From IMG/VR virus record IMGVR_UViG_3300032289_000414, positions 1 to 26,248 of that record: DNA of 26,248 nucleotides; one strand, 5' to 3'. The stretch comes from a virus. Taxonomy: Duplodnaviria; Caudoviricetes. The notes under the pieces were generated by a model. That model ran no database searches, was not told the origin of the DNA, and worked only from the letters and a program-made list of their open reading frames with translations. Position numbers and translations under genes: made by a program. This document shows positions 9,165 through 16,337 of the stretch, in pieces (position 1 is the stretch's first letter; every line of letters starts with the position of its first letter).

Positions 9165-9218
9165 TTCGCTTTCCTTCGCTGTTAACTGACTATACGGATT
9201 TGCTGTGTCAGTGAAGTT

Positions 9219-9246
9219 AGTATAACACCAACTTAAACGATGTCAA
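9219..9246 (-). promoter_or_regulatory. Strong sigma70 promoter
   Basis: TTGACA (9241-9246), 16-bp spacer, TATACT (9219-9224) with a TGn extension, and an AT-rich UP-like region upstream. Confidence 0.8.
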
Positions 9247-9279
9247 CAACTTTTTCAAATTATTTTCTAGGTAGTTTCC

Positions 9280-9936
9280 CTAACCCTCTACCACCCAGCC
9301 CGCAAACTCACCCATCCGAAAGAACTGCTTGGCATCCGCGCCTAGCATGGAGGGGTCGAAGGGTATCTGCACCCCAGCCAGACTCATCTCTTTGGTGGTG
9401 ACATCTCCCAGCTTCGCACCTTGCTGAATTTTCCAGTGCATCCCCAATCGCTTCAGGACGGTCGCAAAGTACCCGCCGTGGTCACAAACCTTGTCCACCA
9501 CTACCAGCACCCCACCCTTGAGCAAATTCGCTCTCAGATAGTCTATAACGCGCTGGCGCTCATGCACGGGAACGAACATCATCGTCAGAAATACGACGTA
9601 CACCTGCGAAGGCTCCAGCCCACAGGAGCGAATGTCGTCTTGCATGATGCTGACGTTGTGGTGATTCTCAAAACGCTTGCTGAGCACCTCGACCATCGTC
9701 GGGCTTTTCTCTATCGCAACGGCGTAGGCTTTGCGCTCTAGCAGGAGGGGCATCAGCTTGTCAATCATGTTGCCTGTTGATGCACCCACGTCTACCACGG
9801 TGTTGTCGTCGGTAAGGTAGTTACGCACGATGTAGCACACCGCGTCGGTCACCATGTCATACCACGGCAACTGCTCACGGACGTGGTCATCAAAGCCTGC
9901 GGCAATCTCTGGCGTCTCAAATGTCCAAGAACTCAT
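9280..9936 (-). CDS. CmoA-like (carboxy-SAM synthase family) SAM-binding protein
   Basis: WTF..IAAGFDDHVREQLPWY, VVDVGASTG, AIEKSPTM, LTMMFVP..RQ, GGVLVVVDK, K..QG...K..SL.GV are collinear with E. coli CmoA ([47 protein letters not shown]). Start set at ATG 9936, an ATGA overlap with the methyltransferase stop. Confidence 0.8.
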   Translation of the reverse strand: MSSWTFETPEIAAGFDDHVREQLPWYDMVTDAVCYIVRNYLTDDNTVVDVGASTGNMIDKLMPLLLERKAYAVAIEKSPTMVEVLSKRFENHHNVSIMQDDIRSCGLEPSQVYVVFLTMMFVPVHERQRVIDYLRANLLKGGVLVVVDKVCDHGGYFATVLKRLGMHWKIQQGAKLGDVTTKEMSLAGVQIPFDPSMLGADAKQFFRMGEFAGWVVEG

Positions 9937-10958
9937 AGCGGGAACCTTTTTGCAATTTCGTAGATGACAGGAATGGTGACGGTGCGACCGCATCGCTCGT
10001 AACGCTCTGCGTCACTGACAGGTGTACCGTCCTCATAAAACTTGGTGAAGTTGTCGGGCAGTCCTTGCAAGCGCTCACACTCTAGCGGTGTAAGGCGGCG
10101 CAGGCGCTCACCAACGATGACTCCATGTCTGTCTTGAGCCGTGAGCGTGAACGCTGGCTCGTTATGGTCTTTGACACGACGCCCGTTCTGGCGCTTGCTC
10201 TCGCGGTGCGGTGTCAACACTGGGCGCACCTGCATCACAGCCCCGCGCCCCTGATTGTTTTGGATACCCTTCCAATAGTGACCGTCAAGTGTGGGGAACA
10301 CATCCTTAAACTGCATCACTTTGCCAGTTACGAAAGGCATGAGAACAGGTCGTTCTGATTCGGGTTCCCCTCCTCGAACTTCTCCTTGCGTTCCTTTTTC
10401 TTTTTCGAGAACATCTTCTGAAACGCAGAGTCCGAGAGGAAATACTTGGGGTCTGGGTTGTCCTCTAAGATGTCCGACAACAAATACCCGCTCCCGATTT
10501 TGCGGGACTCCGAAATTTTGGCTGTTAACAACTTCCCATTGAACGTCGTACCCCAGTTCATCAAGACTTGCGATGATGACAGCAAAGGTTCTTCCCCCAT
10601 CGTGGTTGAGGAGTCCTTTGACGTTTTCAAGGAAAACATAAGGTATTCGTTTGTCTCTGAGAATGCGACAGATTTCAAAAAAGAGAGTACCGCGAGTATC
10701 TTCTGTCGAGAATCCAGAGCGCTTTCCAGCAACACTGAAAGTCGCGCACGGGAATCCGCCGCATAGAAGGTCGGCGTCGGGGATGTCGTCGGGTCGAACA
10801 GTTCTAATGTCTCTTGAGTCTGGCTGGTGTCCGAAGTTCCGCTCATAAATCCTCCTTGGTTTTTCTAATATTTCGTTTGCCCACACGCACTGATGACCCG
10901 CCTGCTCAAGCCCCAGACGGAACCCACCAATGCCCGCGAACAACTCAATGAATCTCAT
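9933..10958 (-). CDS. C5-cytosine DNA methyltransferase family; probable carboxymethyltransferase
   Basis: Motif I LFAGIGG, IV GFPC, VI ENV, VIII QNRER, IX RRLTPLECERLQG; motif X reads YERCGRTV in place of the usual YKQxGNSV. Confidence 0.9.
   Translation of the reverse strand: MRFIELFAGIGGFRLGLEQAGHQCVWANEILEKPRRIYERNFGHQPDSRDIRTVRPDDIPDADLLCGGFPCATFSVAGKRSGFSTEDTRGTLFFEICRILRDKRIPYVFLENVKGLLNHDGGRTFAVIIASLDELGYDVQWEVVNSQNFGVPQNRERVFVVGHLRGQPRPQVFPLGLCVSEDVLEKEKGTQGEVRGGEPESERPVLMPFVTGKVMQFKDVFPTLDGHYWKGIQNNQGRGAVMQVRPVLTPHRESKRQNGRRVKDHNEPAFTLTAQDRHGVIVGERLRRLTPLECERLQGLPDNFTKFYEDGTPVSDAERYERCGRTVTIPVIYEIAKRFPL
10328..10846 (-). CDS. Alternative-frame polypeptide nested in the methyltransferase gene (probable second subunit)
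   Basis: 172 aa, same strand, different frame. AAGGAGG SD lies 4 nt before the ATG. The C-terminal LSDILEDNPDPKYFLS matches the L.DILE...D.KY.LS segment of C5-methyltransferases. Confidence 0.7.
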   Translation of the reverse strand: MSGTSDTSQTQETLELFDPTTSPTPTFYAADSRARLSVLLESALDSRQKILAVLSFLKSVAFSETNEYLMFSLKTSKDSSTTMGEEPLLSSSQVLMNWGTTFNGKLLTAKISESRKIGSGYLLSDILEDNPDPKYFLSDSAFQKMFSKKKKERKEKFEEGNPNQNDLFSCLS

Positions 10959-11269
10959 TGCGGCTTGTCTTCCATCTTGAGGTGGGCCAGCAACTCCTTC
11001 ACAGCGAACACGTCTGTGGGGTACACGTTGATGTATCGCTCAATCTCGTTCAAAACGTAGCTATAACCCGCGTCGAAGCCCTTGATGTAGTCAGACATCA
11101 CCGCCTCGCTTTGAGGGCGCTGGCAGTCCTTGTGAGCCTCCATGAAGGCATCAAACGTGTGCAAGATGGCGTCGATGGGCGTAGGCATCTTGACGGCCTG
11201 CGTAAAGCCGCAGTGCTGGCACTCCATGCGCTGAGTCTTGGAGTTGTGGACGATGTGGTCGGTGTTCAT
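10955..11269 (-). CDS. Hypothetical protein with a possible zinc finger
   Basis: CQHC ... HKDC; ATGA overlaps at both ends. Confidence 0.7.
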   Translation of the reverse strand: MNTDHIVHNSKTQRMECQHCGFTQAVKMPTPIDAILHTFDAFMEAHKDCQRPQSEAVMSDYIKGFDAGYSYVLNEIERYINVYPTDVFAVKELLAHLKMEDKPQ

Positions 11270-11451
11270 GCTGTCTCCCTTGCTTCTTTGCGACCGCGCT
11301 CAACAAAGTAACGAGCGTCGCTCTGGTCATTGATGTGTTCTTCTTGGAGCATCTTGCGAATGCTCTCTGCCACTGCACGGGCCTTGTCGGCGCTGGTAGC
11401 CTTCTCGTACTTGTAGCCTGCGTTGATGTAATCTGCTTGCGCGTGTTTCAT
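11266..11451 (-). CDS. Hypothetical protein
   Basis: 61 aa; GAAAGCGAATCGGTT leader; ATGA overlap downstream. Confidence 0.7.
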   Translation of the reverse strand: MKHAQADYINAGYKYEKATSADKARAVAESIRKMLQEEHINDQSDARYFVERGRKEARETA

Positions 11452-11476
11452 AACCGATTCGCTTTCGTTTTGGTTA

Positions 11477-11492
11477 AGCCCCCGAAGGGGCT
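11477..11492 (-). other. Hairpin with cUUCGg tetraloop (no U-tract)
   Basis: AGCCCC-TTCG-GGGGCT on the minus strand, intergenic. Confidence 0.6.
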
Positions 11493-11496
11493 GTGA

Positions 11497-11790
11497 TTAA
11501 CGTGATGTGACCTTGACGCTGAACACTGCGGTGGTCTTTGTGTGGCGGGCAATCTGCTCGGCAGTTGCACCCAACTCAGCCAACAGGGCTTTGTTGTCAA
11601 CCACAGAGCGATTGCTCTCGATGTATGTTGCTTTGAAGAGGTTGCCCTCGACTACTTTGTCACCGCCGTTGCTGGCGCTGTCTTTGATGCCGTCCTTGAT
11701 GGCATCAGCTTGCTTGGTCAACTCAGCGATTTGAGCCAACAGGTTGCCGAGTACGTCTACTTGAGTGAGTTGGATGTCGTTTGATTTCAT
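11497..11790 (-). CDS. Hypothetical early phage protein
   Basis: 97 aa with a coiled-coil N-terminus; first gene after the 11848-11875 promoter. Confidence 0.75.
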   Translation of the reverse strand: MKSNDIQLTQVDVLGNLLAQIAELTKQADAIKDGIKDSASNGGDKVVEGNLFKATYIESNRSVVDNKALLAELGATAEQIARHTKTTAVFSVKVTSR

Positions 11791-11847
11791 GGTGGTCTCG
11801 CTTTCGTTTGTTACCTGCCTTGCAACAATTGCTTGGTCAGTGAAGAT

Positions 11848-11875
11848 AGTTTAACACCAGATTAAACGACGTCAA
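11848..11875 (-). promoter_or_regulatory. Sigma70 promoter, probably driving the operon that includes the methyltransferase and CmoA-like genes
   Basis: TTGACG, 16-bp spacer, TAAACT with a TGn extension; near-copy of the 9219-9246 promoter. Confidence 0.75.
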
Positions 11876-11907
11876 CATCTTTTTCAAAATATTTTCTAAG
11901 GAAAACC

Positions 11908-12207
11908 CTAATGTTGCCTTTCTGCAACACCGAGCAGTTCCAGTGTTTCTTTCAAGAGGTCAACCTCGTCGTAGCCATAGTGTTTCTCAAACCCCTTGGT
12001 TCCCAGCCCGTGCAAGCCCGTATTGCCCCTGTGATGCTCTGGGCATAGTGGGATGACGGTCATGTGGCTAGAACGCCCCCAGCCCCCCGCCAAACGCCTT
12101 GGATGGTGCAGTTCAGCAGGCGTGCCTTGGTAGCCCATCCGCCTGCATACCGCGCACCCCAGTTCAGCAACGGCGCTCATATGCTTTTTTTCTTTGAGAG
12201 TTGTCAT
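11908..12207 (-). CDS. Ref-like (RecA-dependent) HNH-type nuclease
   Basis: CAVC ... AELHH ... VIPLCPEHHRG pattern. Confidence 0.7.
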   Translation of the reverse strand: MTTLKEKKHMSAVAELGCAVCRRMGYQGTPAELHHPRRLAGGWGRSSHMTVIPLCPEHHRGNTGLHGLGTKGFEKHYGYDEVDLLKETLELLGVAERQH

Positions 12208-12209
12208 GC

Positions 12210-12572
12210 TTAGTCGTTTGTTTCTTTCAATCGTTCATATCGACGCCCAGCCTCAAACCCAGCAAGATATGCGCGACGCTCCACGTCATACTGGTCTGGT
12301 CGATGGCTGTGTTCCCATTCATCAAAAGACTCGACACCAGTCTTCAGAGAAACAATCTGGCGCTTACGCCACCCCATTGCCTGCTCACGCTCTATGCGCT
12401 CGAACTCTTCGTCTTCTGGTGTTGCCGTCACAATCATTCTCCACATTGAATAAACCATAAAAAACAACCCCATCCCGAACAAGACGTGGTTGTGTAAAAC
12501 CCAGCCATCAGCAAGGCAGACCACCCACGATAAACCGTGGATGACCCCCCATTGAAAGGTATTAAAACGCAT
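12210..12572 (-). CDS. Hypothetical membrane protein
   Basis: Hydrophobic N-terminal segments; overlaps its neighbour in the operon. Confidence 0.6.
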   Translation of the reverse strand: MRFNTFQWGVIHGLSWVVCLADGWVLHNHVLFGMGLFFMVYSMWRMIVTATPEDEEFERIEREQAMGWRKRQIVSLKTGVESFDEWEHSHRPDQYDVERRAYLAGFEAGRRYERLKETND

Positions 12573-12822
12573 ATCGGTTGGAGCAGAGAACGTCGATAAC
12601 TGTCTCGGTGCTGTAGCCGTTGACGTAGCGCTTACCGTATATCACGCGGGCGCGTAAGCCTGCCTCTTGGCAGTCCTTGATGGCGTCAATCTGCTCACCA
12701 CGACTAAGCGGCTGTATGTTCCTGTCCATGATGAGGTTCTGCACCGTGACGTGCGGTTCCTTGTTGGACGAACATCCAACCAATGCACTCAATGCGCACA
12801 CTGCGATAAAAGTCTTTTTCAT
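12562..12822 (-). CDS. Putative lipoprotein
   Basis: MKK + hydrophobic stretch + lipobox LVGC. Confidence 0.7.
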   Translation of the reverse strand: MKKTFIAVCALSALVGCSSNKEPHVTVQNLIMDRNIQPLSRGEQIDAIKDCQEAGLRARVIYGKRYVNGYSTETVIDVLCSNRYAF

Positions 12823-13010
12823 GCTGTTGCCTCTCCTTTGTTTTTGATTCGCTCAAAACGATTCATAAATTCAACCAGCCTTTTTGCAAACTCTTGGTCT
12901 TCGCCAACAATGAATGCAGTGCTTCCAGTCTCAGAATCAACGACCGCCTCAGACAATGCTCCTCCCCATTCTTTGGGGACTTTTACCAAATCAATTGAAT
13001 AAGTTTTCAT
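12819..13010 (-). CDS. Hypothetical protein
   Basis: 63 aa; ATGA overlaps on both sides. Confidence 0.6.
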   Translation of the reverse strand: MKTYSIDLVKVPKEWGGALSEAVVDSETGSTAFIVGEDQEFAKRLVEFMNRFERIKNKGEATA

Positions 13011-13339
13011 AGCGTTGCCTTTCCTTCTGCCCTGTTGTTTGCTTGTTCTGTTCGCCAGATTTCCACGCGGGCCTGAGCGCCCAACAAGTCCCAGCGTAAT
13101 TTTTCTTCTATCTCAATAGCCTCGCGCAACCCTTCAAGCAGTTGCACATACTCAGGGTGCGCGTATGCCTCGCGCTCTTGCGCCCCAATCGCGTTCTCCA
13201 TGCTCCGCTTCATCAATATGGCCTTGAGCGACTTGCGATACTCTTCGATGTAGCACCGCTCCGCTTTTGCTTTAGCGAATTTTTTTCCATTGAGCAGGAT
13301 GTAATCCACCGCCTTGTGTGGGTCTCTGTCTTCACTCAT
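13007..13339 (-). CDS. Helical phage protein of unknown function
   Basis: Start moved to ATG 13339 (MSEDRD, AAGGA SD); RKSLKAILMK...QEREAYAHPEY. Confidence 0.7.
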   Translation of the reverse strand: MSEDRDPHKAVDYILLNGKKFAKAKAERCYIEEYRKSLKAILMKRSMENAIGAQEREAYAHPEYVQLLEGLREAIEIEEKLRWDLLGAQARVEIWRTEQANNRAEGKATL

Positions 13340-13469
13340 AAAAAATCCTTCCTTTTTTTGCGCGGTTGCGCTTGATGACAAGTCCGATGAAAATCACGAC
13401 GCATATCCAGAACATGAACCCAGACATTGCCATGAACGTCCAAAAAAAATCTCCAAATGTTTCAAACAT
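13332..13469 (-). CDS. Small membrane peptide B (45 aa)
   Basis: Manual translation MFETFGDFFWTFMAMSGFMFWICVVIFIGLVIKRNRAKKGRIFYE; GGAGGAG SD. Confidence 0.65.
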   Translation of the reverse strand: MFETFGDFFWTFMAMSGFMFWICVVIFIGLVIKRNRAKKGRIFYE

Positions 13470-13592
13470 TTACTCCTCCTTTGGTGGACGCGAACACATC
13501 CAATAAAAACCAACAATCAAAGCGACAAGAAGCCACGCCGCCATCCCTGACACCATAAAAAACAACCCTGCAATATTTAAAAATGTCTCCAT
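13470..13592 (-). CDS. Small membrane peptide A (40 aa)
   Basis: Manual translation METFLNIAGLFFMVSGMAAWLLVALIVGFYWMCSRPPKEE; AAGGAG SD; TGATG overlap. Confidence 0.65.
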   Translation of the reverse strand: METFLNIAGLFFMVSGMAAWLLVALIVGFYWMCSRPPKEE

Positions 13593-13762
13593 CAATCTCT
13601 CCTTTTGTCCATGAAGTCTTCGCGTACCTCGACCATTGCTTGCGCCTGCTCGAACGCCTCGTAGGCAATATCTATCTTTGACTTGCCCTTGATGGGCTTT
13701 TGCATGAGACCCATCAGCGCAAACATTGCATAGATGTCAATCAAGTCTGGTTCCGTTTTCAT
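13592..13762 (-). CDS. Hypothetical protein (56 aa)
   Basis: Manual translation MKTEPDLIDIYAMFALMGLM...IAYEAFEQAQAMVEVRE; ATGA overlap upstream. Confidence 0.65.
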   Translation of the reverse strand: MKTEPDLIDIYAMFALMGLMQKPIKGKSKIDIAYEAFEQAQAMVEVREDFMDKRRD

Positions 13763-13881
13763 TTACGAGCCTTCTCTTTCTCTGTAAGGTAATGCATGAC
13801 GTGGTCGTGGAGTACATCAATCAGGGGCGGCTCACCTGAAAACAAGAAGTACACCACCACGATAGAAATAATCCAGTTCAT
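13759..13881 (-). CDS. Small hydrophobic protein (40 aa)
   Basis: Manual translation MNWIISIVVVYFLFSGEPPLIDVLHDHVMHYLTEKEKARK; ATGA overlap with the rusA stop. Confidence 0.55.
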   Translation of the reverse strand: MNWIISIVVVYFLFSGEPPLIDVLHDHVMHYLTEKEKARK

Positions 13882-14225
13882 TCAATCCCCTCTATGGTCA
13901 CCTTGACCATGCCGCCGACCTCGTCTGCCCAGTACACGCGGAGGTCTTCAATCAATGCATCGTCTTGCATGACGCCAGCGTAGGTCATGGAGTCCAAAAT
14001 TGCTTTGAGCAAATTGTCCAAATCGCGACGACGACGGTCTGGGCGGAAGGCTTGAATCTCCACCTTTACCGCGTAGTCGATGTGCTTGGCGGCACGTTGA
14101 ATCAGCACTTGGTCAGCGACAGCCTTGCGGTACTCGCGCCCCTTTGCGCTGATGATGGTGCGACCATTGAAGTTGCGCCAATAGGTGTTGACCGTGGGAG
14201 GCCAAGGCAGTGTTATTTCAATCAT
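13878..14225 (-). CDS. rusA: RusA-family Holliday junction resolvase
   Basis: LPWPPTVNTYWR ... PDRRRRDLDNLLKAILDS ... DD. Confidence 0.9.
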   Translation of the reverse strand: MIEITLPWPPTVNTYWRNFNGRTIISAKGREYRKAVADQVLIQRAAKHIDYAVKVEIQAFRPDRRRRDLDNLLKAILDSMTYAGVMQDDALIEDLRVYWADEVGGMVKVTIEGIE

Positions 14226-14413
14226 TGGATGTTTCCTCGCATTACGGCAAGGATTGACCTCTGCGCATCCATCAACCCATCACGTTGTTGGCAGGCTTGC
14301 TCATACATTGCGTGCAAGGTATCTATGTCTCCGCGCAACCTTGCAACGGTCAACAAAAGTTCATCCCTTGCTGTTTTTAATCGCTCAAATTCAATTTCTT
14401 CGTCTTGTGTCAT
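14222..14413 (-). CDS. Hypothetical coiled-coil protein
   Basis: 63 aa; overlapping start and stop codons. Confidence 0.6.
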   Translation of the reverse strand: MTQDEEIEFERLKTARDELLLTVARLRGDIDTLHAMYEQACQQRDGLMDAQRSILAVMRGNIQ

Positions 14414-14685
14414 TACTGCCTCTGAGTTGGTATGCGGTTAAGAATGTCGTTGGCAAGAGGCGAGTTGAACTCTTCGTCGTCCTCTTTGCCAGCCAGCTTT
14501 GCCTCATAAGCAAAAGCCATTTCAGCGCAGGCTTGCCGCTCCATGATGATTGCTTGTTTGGTTGTTTGAATTGCCACAGCCATGATTTCAGCCTTTGCTT
14601 CAGTCAGTGCTTTATTGAATTCATCCTGCGTAAAAAATGCTTGGCCCAGCGCCAGCAAATTAGTTTCTAGTTTTTTCATTTCCAT
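14413..14685 (-). CDS. Hypothetical protein
   Basis: 90 aa; ERQACA motif common in small phage proteins. Confidence 0.65.
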   Translation of the reverse strand: MEMKKLETNLLALGQAFFTQDEFNKALTEAKAEIMAVAIQTTKQAIIMERQACAEMAFAYEAKLAGKEDDEEFNSPLANDILNRIPTQRQ

Positions 14686-14918
14686 TCTCCTGTGTTACCT
14701 CGGTTGCCTTTTGCCCACTGGTCTCTAACATCCGCCTCAAGGCGGGACTGGGGATGAAGTTCGTTCCATCCCTTGTGACGTTTCCCACGCTCGTCAACGT
14801 AACCATTGAACCAACGGTATGCGCTATCGCGATTTTTGAGCCGCATCTTGATGACCTCCCGAACGAGACAACGGTGACGATGTTCATCCGTTCCTTGACC
14901 TTCTTGCGTCTCATTCAA
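14676..14918 (-). CDS. Hypothetical phage protein
   Basis: EHRHRCLVR...QWAKGNRG..GEW; ATGA overlap with the helicase gene. Confidence 0.65.
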   Translation of the reverse strand: MNETQEGQGTDEHRHRCLVREVIKMRLKNRDSAYRWFNGYVDERGKRHKGWNELHPQSRLEADVRDQWAKGNRGNTGEWK

Positions 14919-15916
14919 AATCTTCCTCCATCGTCGAAAGACATCGGGATTGAGTCGTGGTTCTCAACAAACTGCTGACTGTCCTTGAGATACCAAAGCG
15001 AGTACCAGTCCTCAGCTTCACCATTGCGCTGTTTCTCGCACATCAGGTAAGCATCGGGAATCATTGGGTCAACTGAACCGTTCTGTGCATCGTGTTCTTT
15101 TTTCTTGTTGCGCCATACCATCAAGACGTTGTCCACTTGGTCGCTGATAGAGCCTGAACCTTTGATGTCGTTCTTGTTGGGCTTAATTTCCTCGCTCTGC
15201 AATTTACGGATGTGGTGAATCAAATGAACATGGACATTGTGGTCACGCGCCAGCGAAGTCAACTCGTCAACGAATGACTTCTGGGCGTTGTAGTCGTCCT
15301 CACCAGACACACACTTCATGAGCGAGTCAATGAAGATGTGCTGAACGCCCAACTCGACGGCGCTGTAGCGTGACACTGCAATAACCTGCTGTGCAGTCAC
15401 CGTGCCTTGCTGGTCATAAAGCCACAGGTTTGCATGAGCAAAAGTTCTCATGCGGGTAATGAGGTTTGTCAGGTAGCGGGCCTTGTCCATGTATCGTGGG
15501 AAGTCGATGTTCTCACCAGCAAACTGGCGGAGCATACGAAACAAGGTGCGCTTGGGCTTCATCTCAAACGATGCAATCATCACACGTTGTTTTTGCTTAA
15601 TCAGTCCCATCGCAATCTGACCCGTCACCATAGACTTGCCGCCACCGTTGCCGCCAGCGTACAAAGTCACCTCGCCTGCACGGAACTGAAACCCTGAGTG
15701 GGTCTTCGTCCAAGGCATGGTCTGAGAAACCTCGACCACTGGGCTGGCAATCTCTGCCTCAATCTCATCCAAGAATTCGCCCGCGCCCTTGACCTTCTGA
15801 GCCACGTCGTTGGCCTTGAGGTACTTCTCAAAGTCAACTTCGTCAGGCCGCACGATACGGATACGACGAGCCTCGTCGAGTTCCTGCGCTCTTTTTTGCA
15901 CGTCAGACGTTTGCAT
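14915..15916 (-). CDS. SF4 (DnaB/T7 gp4-like) replicative helicase
   Basis: Walker A GGNGGGKS, ASFEM, Walker B IFIDS, IKGSGSISDQVDNV, EKQRNG. Confidence 0.9.
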   Translation of the reverse strand: MQTSDVQKRAQELDEARRIRIVRPDEVDFEKYLKANDVAQKVKGAGEFLDEIEAEIASPVVEVSQTMPWTKTHSGFQFRAGEVTLYAGGNGGGKSMVTGQIAMGLIKQKQRVMIASFEMKPKRTLFRMLRQFAGENIDFPRYMDKARYLTNLITRMRTFAHANLWLYDQQGTVTAQQVIAVSRYSAVELGVQHIFIDSLMKCVSGEDDYNAQKSFVDELTSLARDHNVHVHLIHHIRKLQSEEIKPNKNDIKGSGSISDQVDNVLMVWRNKKKEHDAQNGSVDPMIPDAYLMCEKQRNGEAEDWYSLWYLKDSQQFVENHDSIPMSFDDGGRF

Positions 15917-16337
15917 ACTTCATTGCCTCTTCAATTCGCTGTTGTGATAACTTCATTCGCTCTCTGTCGCCTTCACTCAACTTCTTGCCTTGACTCAGGT
16001 CGTAGGCGCAGATGGAGACCACCAACGCTTCAAACGAGATGATTCGCATCAGGTCGCTGGCGTAGAACGCAGGCTTCAGACTCTTCTTGCCTTCAACTGG
16101 GTACTCGCGGCGCTTGTCGTCTGGAGGGAACAGGTCGGTCATGTCCATGCCCAACGCCTGCACGACGCTCAACGTCTCGCAACCAGCAAAGCAGTGAATC
16201 AAGACGCGCCCATCGTCTGTCTCACGAATGGCAAGGGATGGGCCTTTGTCGTTGTGCGCAGGACAGCAGGCAGTCCAAGAACCGTTGCGACCCTTGACCT
16301 TGGTCAACATACCGAGCATCTTCTCGACTGGGGTCAT
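15903..16337 (-). CDS. CHC2 (primase-type) zinc-finger protein, no TOPRIM domain
   Basis: CPAHND..PSL ... HCFAGC; only 144 aa. Confidence 0.8.
   Translation of the reverse strand: MTPVEKMLGMLTKVKGRNGSWTACCPAHNDKGPSLAIRETDDGRVLIHCFAGCETLSVVQALGMDMTDLFPPDDKRREYPVEGKKSLKPAFYASDLMRIISFEALVVSICAYDLSQGKKLSEGDRERMKLSQQRIEEAMKYANV

Noticed and set aside
9937-9993. Longer N-terminus of the CmoA-like ORF
   Set aside because: It overlaps methyltransferase motif X; CmoA similarity begins at MSSWTF, which has an ATGA coupling.
8190-11910. Dispersed repeats as a CRISPR array or att sites
   Set aside because: Irregular spacing with whole genes between copies, promoter consensus inside the repeats, and no cas or integrase gene.
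13462-13668. 68-aa minus-strand ORF from the track
   Set aside because: It straddles two better-supported short genes that have SDs and coupled start/stop codons.
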